A stretch of DNA of 25,014 nucleotides from a virus (taxonomy: Duplodnaviria; Caudoviricetes): positions 1-25,014 of IMG/VR virus record IMGVR_UViG_3300038554_000001; one strand, written 5' to 3'. Below the pieces are notes generated by a model. That model did no database searches and was not told the origin of the DNA. It saw only the letters and a list, made by a program, of their open reading frames with translations. Every line of letters begins with the position of its first letter. The stretch's first letter is position 1. Both the position numbers and the translations under genes were made by a program. This document shows, piece after piece, positions 1 to 7,292 of the stretch.

Positions 1-2
1 TC

Positions 3-122
3 TGGGCTTGCATCTTCAAGCTCGTGGCGTGGCTGGTCGTTTACCCGCTGAGCTGGGCCTACGCCTACGCGGCGGCCATCGTCGTTTCGCTGGTCCTCAC
101 GGCCCTGCGGAAGGCTTCGTGA
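3..122 (+). CDS. 3' end of a small hydrophobic (membrane) protein, truncated by the window start
   Basis: Frame 3 reads WACIFKLVAWLVVYPLSWAYAYAAAIVVSLVLTALRKAS*. Its TGA overlaps the next GTG (GTGA at 119-122). Confidence 0.55.
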   Translation, partial: WACIFKLVAWLVVYPLSWAYAYAAAIVVSLVLTALRKAS

Positions 123-205
123 CGCCAGCCTGCGCGCTCATCGTCTGGAGCCTCGGGGGCTACGCCCTCGGGGCCTTCCTCATCTGGGCAACGTCCCGGC
201 TGTGA
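119..205 (+). CDS. small single-TM hypothetical protein (28 aa)
   Basis: Reads MTPACALIVWSLGGYALGAFLIWATSRL, with GTGA overlaps at both ends (119-122 and 202-205), typical of translational coupling. Confidence 0.5.
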   Translation: MTPACALIVWSLGGYALGAFLIWATSRL

Positions 206-1845
206 AGACGGACAGCTCCCTCCTCAGCAAGGGGCCGTGCGGTGCGTGCGGCTCCTCTGACGGGAACGCCACGTACTCGGACGGCCACACCTATTGCTTC
301 GTCTGTGAAGCCTACGGGCACTCAGACGGAGCCTCTCCCTCAACCCCCAGGAAGCCCAAGATGGCCGCCAACATTTTCTATGACGGCGACTTCCGGGCGC
401 TCCGTTCACGGGGCATCTCGGAGGAGACGTGCCGCAAGTTCGGCTACAAGGTCGGGACCCTCGGAGACGGCAGGACCGTCCAGGTGGCCCCGTACTACCG
501 TGACGGGACCCTCGTAGGCACGAAGGTCCGCCCCGCTGATAAGGACGGCATCTTCAGCACGGGCGACATGGGCGAAGTCGAGCTATTCGGGCAGAGCGCC
601 TGGGGCTCGGGTGGTCGCTGTGTCGTCGTCACGGAGGGCGAGATTGACGCGATGTCAGTCTCGGAGGTCCAGGCCAACAAGTGGCCCGTGGTCTCGATCC
701 CCAAGGGCGCCAAGGATGCCCGCAAGTCCATCGCTCGGAACCTCGAATGGCTCACCACCTTCGAGACCGTCGTTCTCATGTTCGACATGGACACGGCTGG
801 GCAGGACGCGGCCCGTGAGTGTGCCGTCCTGTTCCCCCCAGGGAAGTGCAAGATAGCCTCCCTGGCCCGCAAGGACCCCAACGAAGTCCTCCAGGCCGGT
901 GAGGGGCCACAGCTCATCAACGCCATCTGGCAGGCCAAGCCGTACCGACCGGACGGCGTGGTCCGCATGGCGGACATCTTCGAGGAGATGATACGGGACC
1001 CCGAACAGGGCCTCCCTTGGTGGACGCCAAAGCTCACTGAGGCCACCTTCGGGCGGCGCTACGGTGAGGTCTACGGCTTCGGTGCCGGGACTGGCATTGG
1101 CAAGACGGACTTCTTCACCCAGCAAATCCAGTTCGACGTGGATGAGCTGAACCAGCCCGTGGGCCTGTTCTTCCTGGAGCAGAAACCCGCCGAGACAGGC
1201 AAGCGCGTCGCCGGTAAGTTTGCCTCGAAGTGCTTCCACGTCCCGGACGGTAGCTGGACCCGAGAGGAACTCATCGAGGCCGCCACGCGGATGCGTGAGG
1301 ACGACCGGCTCCACTTCTACGACAACTTCGGCTCGGCCGACTGGGACGTGATCGCGGCCAGCATCCGCTTCATGGTCCACGACTCCGGGGTGAAGCTCTT
1401 CTACCTCGACCACCTCACCGCCCTGGCCGACCCGGCAAACGAACGGGAGAGCCTGGAGGGGATCATGAAGAGTATGGCGATGCTGGCCCAGGAGCTGGGC
1501 ATCATCATCCACTTCGTGTCGCACCTCGCGACCCCTGACGGGACCCCTCACGAGGAAGGCGGGCGTGTCGCCATCCGGCATTTCAAGGGCGCCCGAGCCA
1601 TCGGCTTCTGGTCGTTCTTCATGTTCGGCCTGGAGCGGAACCAGCAACACGACGACGAACGCTGGCGCTCCATCACCCTGTTCCGGGTGCTGAAGGACCG
1701 CTTCACGGGGCGCTCAACGGGCAAGGTCATCCATCTCGGATACGACAGCACGAAGGGCCGCCTCTTCGAGACCGAACCGCCCGGCGACGACATGCCAAAG
1801 GGTTTCGGAGACGAGACCCAGGGGGCCGGTACGTCCGACTTCTGA
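202..1845 (+). CDS. DNA primase/helicase (T7 gp4-like)
   Basis: N-terminal Cys4 zinc-binding domain (CGAC...YCFVC), TOPRIM motifs (TEGEIDAMS, MFDMD..G, KDPNE), SF4 helicase Walker A (GAGTGIGKT), YLDHL, VSHL and HEEG motifs, and an acidic tail ending in F. Confidence 0.97.
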   Translation: MKTDSSLLSKGPCGACGSSDGNATYSDGHTYCFVCEAYGHSDGASPSTPRKPKMAANIFYDGDFRALRSRGISEETCRKFGYKVGTLGDGRTVQVAPYYRDGTLVGTKVRPADKDGIFSTGDMGEVELFGQSAWGSGGRCVVVTEGEIDAMSVSEVQANKWPVVSIPKGAKDARKSIARNLEWLTTFETVVLMFDMDTAGQDAARECAVLFPPGKCKIASLARKDPNEVLQAGEGPQLINAIWQAKPYRPDGVVRMADIFEEMIRDPEQGLPWWTPKLTEATFGRRYGEVYGFGAGTGIGKTDFFTQQIQFDVDELNQPVGLFFLEQKPAETGKRVAGKFASKCFHVPDGSWTREELIEAATRMREDDRLHFYDNFGSADWDVIAASIRFMVHDSGVKLFYLDHLTALADPANERESLEGIMKSMAMLAQELGIIIHFVSHLATPDGTPHEEGGRVAIRHFKGARAIGFWSFFMFGLERNQQHDDERWRSITLFRVLKDRFTGRSTGKVIHLGYDSTKGRLFETEPPGDDMPKGFGDETQGAGTSDF

Positions 1846-1851
1846 CCTCAG

Positions 1852-1868
1852 CTACCCACACGTGAGAG
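1852..1868 (+). promoter_or_regulatory. dispersed motif copy 1 (CTACCCACACGTGAGAG)
   Basis: Begins 6 nt after the helicase stop and overlaps the GAGGA RBS of the next ORF. Confidence 0.6.
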
Positions 1869-1874
1869 GAACTC

Positions 1875-2003
1875 ATGCTCACCCCAGACGAGATTATCCT
1901 CATGCTGCGGCGCGAGGGCTTCCACGAGGCCGCTGAGCGGGTCCAGGCCGAGTACCGGAAGCGCATCGCCCAGCTAAAGAAGGCACCCCTCCCATGCGAG
2001 TGA
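1875..2003 (+). CDS. small hypothetical protein (42 aa; not in the ORF track)
   Basis: ATG at 1875 follows GAGAGGA. Reads MLTPDEIILMLRREGFHEAAERVQAEYRKRIAQLKKAPLPCE* with genome-like codon use. Confidence 0.7.
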   Translation: MLTPDEIILMLRREGFHEAAERVQAEYRKRIAQLKKAPLPCE

Positions 2004-2350
2004 AGAGCGAAGACGAAGGCGTGGTGGTCCGTGACCGGAAGAACCCGGAGCGTGTCCTGGGCCGACTGAACCACCGCCCTTGCGCCCTCCGTGGGGCTTA
2101 CGTCGAGATGGCGATTATGCCCCGGATGACGGCCCGCATGTGGGTAGACCCACCCGCCCCAGACGAGCCGGTGGAGTGCCTCCGAGCCCGCTTCGAGGTC
2201 TCCTATCGGACCACGGACGGGGGCTACACGAAGCACGCCGAGTTCCTCACGGACACCCCACTCGGGGTCCTCCAGATGCTCCAGACGTTCCGCCTTCCGG
2301 GCGAGTCGGAGGAGCAAGCCCACTACCGCCTCCGCTTCTCCGACTACTGA
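1994..2350 (+). CDS. hypothetical protein (118 aa)
   Basis: Overlaps the end of the upstream ORF, has GC3-rich codons and fills the gap before the nucleotidyltransferase. No motif recognised. Confidence 0.7.
   Translation: MRVKSEDEGVVVRDRKNPERVLGRLNHRPCALRGAYVEMAIMPRMTARMWVDPPAPDEPVECLRARFEVSYRTTDGGYTKHAEFLTDTPLGVLQMLQTFRLPGESEEQAHYRLRFSDY
2131..2147 (-). promoter_or_regulatory. dispersed motif, inverted intragenic copy (CTACCCACATGCGGGCC on the - strand)
   Basis: 14/17 identical to the copy at 7237-7253. Lies inside ORF 1994-2350. Confidence 0.45.
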
Positions 2351-2351
2351 C

Positions 2352-2368
2352 CAACCCACACGTAGGAC
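2352..2368 (+). promoter_or_regulatory. dispersed motif copy 2 (CAACCCACACGTAGGAC)
   Basis: Directly after the TGA at 2350 and overlaps the AGGA RBS of the nucleotidyltransferase. Confidence 0.55.
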
Positions 2369-2374
2369 CATCCC

Positions 2375-2950
2375 ATGCAAATCCCCGCTAAGTGGGTTGC
2401 CGTCTTAGCGGCGATCCAAGTTGCTGCGCCTGAAGCCTTCCTGGCCGGTGGCGCCCTTCGTGACCTCGACCTGGGCCGCGAGGTGAAAGACCTGGACATC
2501 TTTGTGAGCGAGGCCGGCTACGGCGCCGCTCAGGTTGTCCTCTCCCAGCTCGACTACGCCCCCGCCAACCGCCAGTGCCTCGACTACGTCGGCGCAGACT
2601 TCAGCGTCGTTGAGGGCCGCGAGTTCAAGCGGGAGGGGGAGGTGACGGTCAACCTCGTGTGCCTGAGGGCGGACTTCGGGTTCCCGAGTGGTCTGTACCG
2701 CTTCGACCTGGGGCTCTGCCAGATCGGCTTCGACGGCCGCGAGGTGGTGAAGACCGCCGCCTACATCGAAGACGCCACCAACAAGACGCTGACCGTCCTT
2801 CGATGCGAGAGCGTCGATCAGATGGTCAGAACGGAGCAGCGCGTTGAGCGCCTCCAGGCCAAGTTTCCCGACTGGCCTTCCATCATCCCCGCCGAGTTCG
2901 CCCAGTTCCAGGTGCCCGCCGTGGCACCCTCTGAGGACCTCTTCGGCTGA
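2375..2950 (+). CDS. nucleotidyltransferase (CCA-adding/poly(A) polymerase head-like domain)
   Basis: AFLAGGALRD-x8-DLDIF signature (GGxxRD...DxD) plus a downstream RFDLGLCQI segment resembling the RD(F/L)T(I)N motif. RBS AGGA. Confidence 0.85.
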   Translation: MQIPAKWVAVLAAIQVAAPEAFLAGGALRDLDLGREVKDLDIFVSEAGYGAAQVVLSQLDYAPANRQCLDYVGADFSVVEGREFKREGEVTVNLVCLRADFGFPSGLYRFDLGLCQIGFDGREVVKTAAYIEDATNKTLTVLRCESVDQMVRTEQRVERLQAKFPDWPSIIPAEFAQFQVPAVAPSEDLFG

Positions 2951-2956
2951 CCTGAC

Positions 2957-2973
2957 CTACCCACAAGTGGGTC
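2957..2973 (+). promoter_or_regulatory. dispersed motif copy 3 (CTACCCACAAGTGGGTC)
   Basis: Intergenic, before the polymerase. Perfect 6-bp arms ACCCAC-AA-GTGGGT. Confidence 0.65.
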
Positions 2974-3001
2974 CTTCACAGCTACTCCAGCGAGAGGGCA
3001 C

Positions 3002-5176
3002 ATGACCCCCCAAGACACCCTAGCGTGGTTCCGCGCGGCTGACCCCAAGGTTACCGCTCGGGCCACTGAAGAGCGGCGCGTCCTCGCCTTCGACATCGAG
3101 ACGAACGGCCTCCTCGACCAGCTCACCCGCGTCCACTCCCTGGTCCTGCGGGACCTACACACGGGCGAGGTCTGGAGCTGTACCGACAACGACCCCAAGG
3201 ACCACTCAGTCCCCTTCGGCGTGAAGATGCTGATGGAGGCTCGGCGGGTCGTCGGCCACAACATCATCAAGTTCGACATCCCGGCCCTCGCCAAGGTCTA
3301 CCCTTGGTTCAACCTGGACGGGGTCGAAGTCGAAGACACGCTCGTGGAGTCCCGCCTCATCTGGTCGGACCTCACGCCCGGCGACCAAGAGCGCATCCGC
3401 AAAGGTACGTTCCCCGGCCGCCTCATCGGAGCCCACGGCCTCGAAGCCTGGGGCTACCGCCTGGGCAAGATGAAGGGCGACTACTCCGAGCTGCGGGAAG
3501 CCGAAGCGAAGGAGCAAGGCATCACCGATAGGGCGGCCATCACGGAGTTCGTGTGGGCCACCTGGAACCCTCCGATGCAGGACTATTGCATCCAGGACGT
3601 GGAGGTGACGGCCGCCCTCTGGGACCTCATCCATTCCAAGCGGGTCTCCCGCATGGCCGTGGAGATGGAGCACCGCTTCGCGGACATCATCGCGGGCATG
3701 GAGCGGAACGGCTTCAGCTTCAATGAGGCCGGCGCCCAGGCTCTCTACGCCACCCTCGTGGGCAAGCGCCTGGAGATTGGCGCCAAGCTCCGCGCTGTGT
3801 TCCCGCCGAAGGAGGTCACCGAGACCTTCATTCCCAAGGTCAACAGCAAGCGGTTCGGCTACGAGAAAGGTGTCCCGTTCACCAAGCGGTGGATGGTGGA
3901 GTTCAACCCGTCATCCCGACAGATGATCGGTGACCGGCTCATAGCTCTCGGCTGGAGCCCGTCAGAATACACCCCCTCGGGCCAGCCTAAGATTGACGAG
4001 AAAATCCTCTCGAAGCTTCCCTGGCCGGAAGCCGCGGTCCTGGCCGAGCACTTCCTCATTGAGAAGCGCATCGGGCAGATTGCGGAGGGCGACCAAGCGT
4101 GGCTCAGGCTGGTCCGCAAGGGCCGCATCCACGGCTCCGTCAACACGAACGGAGCGGTCACCGGGCGCTGTACCCACAGCAACCCGAACGTGGCCCAGGT
4201 GCCCAAGTGCGGGTCCCCTTACGGTCACGAGTGCCGCGACCTGTTCTCGGCCCGGAAGGGCTGGAGACTGGTCGGCATCGACTTGGCCGGCGTCGAGCTG
4301 CGCTGCCTCGCCCACTACATGAGCCGCTACGATGGCGGCGCCTACGGGCGGGCTGTGGTCGAAGGCAAGGAAGCGAATGGGGACGATGTCCACTCGCTCA
4401 ACTGCATCGCTATGGGTCTCGACCCCAAGGCCATCTACGTGGCCGAAGGGAAGACCCAGACGGGCCGTAACCTCGCCAAGACGTTCATCTACGCCTTCCT
4501 CTACGGGGCCGGTGACGAGAAGCTCGGGACCATCGTAGGCGTCTCCCCTGAGGAGATCGCAGCGTTCCCGAGGACGGAAGCCCGGCTCTACGCCGCGGCC
4601 ATCAAACGCTTCGAGCGGGACGGCCGTGAGCTGGACCCGGTGGCTCTGGCCCGCGTGGTCAAGGGCGGCATCCTCAAAGCGAGCTTCCTGAAGAAGACCC
4701 CGGCGCTCGCCATGCTCCGCGAGGCTGTGAGCCTACGGGCTGACGGCTGGGTCCAGAAGCAGAAGCCCGAGCGGGTCACGAACCCGAAGGACTGGAAACA
4801 GGCCCTCGACAAGTCGTGGTGGTGCCGCTGCGGGATCAAGGGCGAGCTGACGGCGCTCGACGGCCGCACCCTCTCGGTTCGTCACTCCCACGCCGCCCTC
4901 AACACACTCCTCCAGAACGCCGGGGCTCTAGTCGCCAAGCTCGCGACAATCCTCGCCTACGACTCCCTGCAATCCGCGGGGCACACCCACGGTCGTGACT
5001 GGGCGCTGTGCGCGCACATCCACGATGAACTCCAAATCGAAAGCAAAGAGGGCATCGTTGATGCAGTCAAACACATCGTCATCGTCAGCATGCAAGAAGC
5101 CGGACGTATCCTCGGCTTCCGCGTTCCCATCGACGGAGCGGCCAAGGACGGCTTCACCTGGGCCGACACTCACTGA
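3002..5176 (+). CDS. DNA polymerase family A (T7 gp5-like) with 3'-5' exonuclease
   Basis: ExoI FDIETNGL, ExoII GHNIIKFD, ExoIII YCIQDV, TGRCTHSNPN, motif A GIDLAGVELR, motif B RNLAKTFIYAFLYGAG (Tyr at the T7 Y526 position), motif C HIHDELQ, and a WADTH end. Confidence 0.98.
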   Translation: MTPQDTLAWFRAADPKVTARATEERRVLAFDIETNGLLDQLTRVHSLVLRDLHTGEVWSCTDNDPKDHSVPFGVKMLMEARRVVGHNIIKFDIPALAKVYPWFNLDGVEVEDTLVESRLIWSDLTPGDQERIRKGTFPGRLIGAHGLEAWGYRLGKMKGDYSELREAEAKEQGITDRAAITEFVWATWNPPMQDYCIQDVEVTAALWDLIHSKRVSRMAVEMEHRFADIIAGMERNGFSFNEAGAQALYATLVGKRLEIGAKLRAVFPPKEVTETFIPKVNSKRFGYEKGVPFTKRWMVEFNPSSRQMIGDRLIALGWSPSEYTPSGQPKIDEKILSKLPWPEAAVLAEHFLIEKRIGQIAEGDQAWLRLVRKGRIHGSVNTNGAVTGRCTHSNPNVAQVPKCGSPYGHECRDLFSARKGWRLVGIDLAGVELRCLAHYMSRYDGGAYGRAVVEGKEANGDDVHSLNCIAMGLDPKAIYVAEGKTQTGRNLAKTFIYAFLYGAGDEKLGTIVGVSPEEIAAFPRTEARLYAAAIKRFERDGRELDPVALARVVKGGILKASFLKKTPALAMLREAVSLRADGWVQKQKPERVTNPKDWKQALDKSWWCRCGIKGELTALDGRTLSVRHSHAALNTLLQNAGALVAKLATILAYDSLQSAGHTHGRDWALCAHIHDELQIESKEGIVDAVKHIVIVSMQEAGRILGFRVPIDGAAKDGFTWADTH

Positions 5177-5381
5177 TGTCCTGGAGCTAGCCTACATCGA
5201 GCCGTTCACGACCAAGTGCGACTTCGCGCGCTTGGCCGCTGACCGTATCGCGATGGCGGCCAGTGACGGCTTCATTACCACGAAGATTGCGACGGGCCTG
5301 TTCGGCAACCGCTGGCGCCTGACGCCGGCCGGGTCCCGTCACCTCTTCACCCTCATCGGGCTCAACGGAGACGCCGCGTGA
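5061..5381 (+). CDS. T7 gp5.7-like protein (start uncertain, overlaps the polymerase 3' end)
   Basis: PFTTKCDFARLAADRIAMAASDGFIT...GNRWRLTPAG matches the gp5.7 pattern P..F.S...R..A..VA.AAS.G.I.....G..W.IT..G and sits in the gp5.7 position. The nearest in-frame ATG upstream of the domain is 5061, preceded by GAGG at 5048-5051. Confidence 0.72.
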   Translation: MQSNTSSSSACKKPDVSSASAFPSTERPRTASPGPTLTDVLELAYIEPFTTKCDFARLAADRIAMAASDGFITTKIATGLFGNRWRLTPAGSRHLFTLIGLNGDAA

Positions 5382-5536
5382 TTTGCAACATCGAGAACCG
5401 TGCCCTCCGTCGTCTAGCGTTGGTAACGGCCGCGCCGCTGATCCTCGCGGTTGCGTGGACCCTGGGGGCGGTCGGCCATGTGCTGGAGGACGCCCAGCGC
5501 GACTTCCGGGTCTGGAAGCGGGCCTGGGCCAAGTGA
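5378..5536 (+). CDS. small single-TM hypothetical protein (52 aa; not in the ORF track)
   Basis: GTGA overlap with the previous stop and a GGAG RBS. Reads MICNIENRALRRLALVTAAPLILAVAWTLGAVGHVLEDAQRDFRVWKRAWAK*. Confidence 0.65.
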   Translation: MICNIENRALRRLALVTAAPLILAVAWTLGAVGHVLEDAQRDFRVWKRAWAK

Positions 5537-5646
5537 AGTACCTCCGCGCCGCCCCCTTGGCGGTCATTGAGGCCCTCGCCATCAACTACGGCATCAGCGT
5601 CCTCATGCTTTGGCTCTACGCCAAGGCGTGGTGGGGGTGCCTTTGA
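5533..5646 (+). CDS. small hydrophobic hypothetical protein (37 aa)
   Basis: GTGA overlap at 5533-5536. Reads MKYLRAAPLAVIEALAINYGISVLMLWLYAKAWWGCL*. Confidence 0.55.
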   Translation: MKYLRAAPLAVIEALAINYGISVLMLWLYAKAWWGCL

Positions 5647-5828
5647 AGGTCCTCATCCTCAACGACAAGCCGAACCAATACCTCTCCGGTGCGCTCCTGC
5701 GCCGGGGACCTCTCGACCATGACGCCGTGGTCATCATCCCGCCCGAGCTTTCCCTAGACGCCCTCGTAGAGGTCCTCGCGGAGAAGGTCTGCGCGGACAA
5801 CCCAGAGGACCCGTCAGATGCACCCTGA
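5643..5828 (+). CDS. hypothetical protein (61 aa)
   Basis: TTGA overlap at 5643-5646. Reads MKVLILNDKPNQYLSGALLRRGPLDHDAVVII..., with genome-like codon use. Confidence 0.6.
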   Translation: MKVLILNDKPNQYLSGALLRRGPLDHDAVVIIPPELSLDALVEVLAEKVCADNPEDPSDAP

Positions 5829-6036
5829 CACTTTCGCCGGCTGCGTCGTTGCGGTCGTCCTGGCCGCCCTCCTCGGGGCCTGGATGGCGCAGACGCATGT
5901 CCGCACCGTCCCACCTGTGCGACCTTCCCAGGTTGAAGAGCGCAGTGACTTCATCCCGTACTGCCCCACACGGGCGTTCGGGCAACCCCAGACGTATTAC
6001 CCGTGCATGTACTCCTCACGGGAGTTCAGCGCATGA
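5818..6036 (+). CDS. small protein with N-terminal TM/signal anchor (72 aa)
   Basis: GAGGA RBS, hydrophobic FAGCVVAVVLAALLGAW segment, and an ATGA overlap with the exonuclease start. Confidence 0.65.
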   Translation: MHPDTFAGCVVAVVLAALLGAWMAQTHVRTVPPVRPSQVEERSDFIPYCPTRAFGQPQTYYPCMYSSREFSA

Positions 6037-6812
6037 GTAAGCGCGTTCTCCTCATTGACGCTGACGTGCTCGCCTACGAGGCCGCATCGGGTTGCGAGAA
6101 GGCCACCGAATGGGAGCCCGGCTACTGGACGTGGCACTGTTCCTTCGAGGATGTGAAGGCGCACTTCGACAGGTCGCTTGAGGTCATCTGCGACACGCTG
6201 AAGGGTGACCCGGTGCTGTGCCTCACGGACAGCCTGGGCAACTTCCGGTTCTCCGTCCTGCCCACCTACAAGGGCAACCGGAAGGGCCAGAAGAAGCCCC
6301 TCGTGCTCACGGCGTTCAAGGAACACCTCATCGAGAACCACGGCGCCTACTTCCGGCCGGGCCTCGAAGGGGACGACTGCATGGGCATCTTGGCGACCCG
6401 AGCGAACCCCACGGGGGAAGAGCGGGTCATCGTCTCCGTGGACAAGGACATGAAGACCATCCCCGGTCTCGTGTGCCGCTGGCCCATCGAGAAGGAGCCC
6501 CGCGAGGTCACCTTGGCCCAGGCCGACTACTGGCACCTCTACCAGACCCTCATGGGCGACACGACGGACGGCTACGCGGGATGCCCCGGAATCGGGAAGG
6601 TTACCGTGGAGAAGGTCCTAGGGCCTGAGCCCGGACACAGTGAAGAGTTCGATGTGGCGGGCACCTACTGGCCCGCGGTAGTGGACGCCTTCGCCAAGTC
6701 CAAGGGCAAGCTCACCGAAGCTGATGCCCTGGTCCAGGCCCGAGTTGCCCGCATCCTCCGGGCTAGCGACTACGACTTTCAGAAGAAGGAGCCGAAGCTG
6801 TGGAAGCCGTGA
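6033..6812 (+). CDS. 5'-3' exonuclease (T7 gp6-like)
   Basis: LLIDAD, YKGNR, LEGDD, SVDKD and GDTTDGYAGCPGIG motifs. ATG 6033 is coupled to the upstream stop. Confidence 0.95.
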   Translation: MSKRVLLIDADVLAYEAASGCEKATEWEPGYWTWHCSFEDVKAHFDRSLEVICDTLKGDPVLCLTDSLGNFRFSVLPTYKGNRKGQKKPLVLTAFKEHLIENHGAYFRPGLEGDDCMGILATRANPTGEERVIVSVDKDMKTIPGLVCRWPIEKEPREVTLAQADYWHLYQTLMGDTTDGYAGCPGIGKVTVEKVLGPEPGHSEEFDVAGTYWPAVVDAFAKSKGKLTEADALVQARVARILRASDYDFQKKEPKLWKP

Positions 6813-7201
6813 CCACCCCCTCGTGTAGCTCCTGCCGTTACATCGCTCGCATGGACTTCGAGCAGCCCTGCAACGGATGTGCTGGGCTCCATGAAGGCAT
6901 GCCTAGCTTGTGGGAACCCAACGAACCCGCCCCGGCTCTCGTAGAGGCCCTCCAGGTCCACGCTGAGGTGACCTCTACCGGCACCTCCACGGGTGGCTCG
7001 ACGGGCTACTACAAGCTCCCCGAGGGTGCCACGGACCTTCAGGACCTCATCGAGGCCAAGCGGATGAGCTTCAGTCGCGGCAACATCTTCAAGGCGGCCT
7101 ACCGTCTCGGAGAGAAGGACGTGGCCTCCGAAGCCTACGACCTCCGCAAGATCATCTGGTTCGCGGAGCGGATGCTGAAGGCCCTCGACAAGCCCGCCTA
7201 A
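6809..7201 (+). CDS. DUF3310 / T7 gp1.7-like (putative nucleotide kinase) with Cys-rich N-terminus
   Basis: GGSTGYY...DLIEAKRMSFSRGNIFKAAYRLGEK....DLRKIIWF matches the DUF3310 pattern F..GN..KY..R.G.K....DL.KA.WY. CSSC...CNGC at the N-terminus. GTGA overlap start. Confidence 0.75.
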   Translation: MTTPSCSSCRYIARMDFEQPCNGCAGLHEGMPSLWEPNEPAPALVEALQVHAEVTSTGTSTGGSTGYYKLPEGATDLQDLIEAKRMSFSRGNIFKAAYRLGEKDVASEAYDLRKIIWFAERMLKALDKPA

Positions 7202-7212
7202 TGACCCCCGGA

Positions 7213-7234
7213 CGGGGCGCTTAACCGTGCCCCG
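7213..7234 (+). other. GC-rich hairpin at the replication/morphogenesis boundary
   Basis: CGGGGCGC (7213-7220) pairs with GTGCCCCG (7227-7234), one G-U pair, loop TTAACC. No U-tract follows. Confidence 0.45.
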
Positions 7235-7236
7235 AC

Positions 7237-7253
7237 CTACCCACCTGCGGGTT
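7237..7253 (+). promoter_or_regulatory. dispersed motif copy 4 (CTACCCACCTGCGGGTT)
   Basis: Intergenic, upstream of the gp6.5-like gene (the position of T7 phi6.5). Confidence 0.6.
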
Positions 7254-7292
7254 CAATTACCCCTCACCCCAGGAAACCTGAAGGCTCACCCG

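Noticed and set aside
1852-2973. CRISPR-like array of repeated ACCCAC motifs
   Set aside because: The repeats are 17 nt, degenerate and separated by whole genes of 500-600 nt. No cas genes are present.
4541-4840. Intein or intron in the DNA polymerase
   Set aside because: The frame is continuous, the inserts are short, and there are no intein splice-junction residues or homing endonuclease motifs.
7202-7292. phiKMV-type RNA polymerase gene at the end of the replication module
   Set aside because: The gap holds only a hairpin and a motif copy. Any RNAP gene must lie outside the window.
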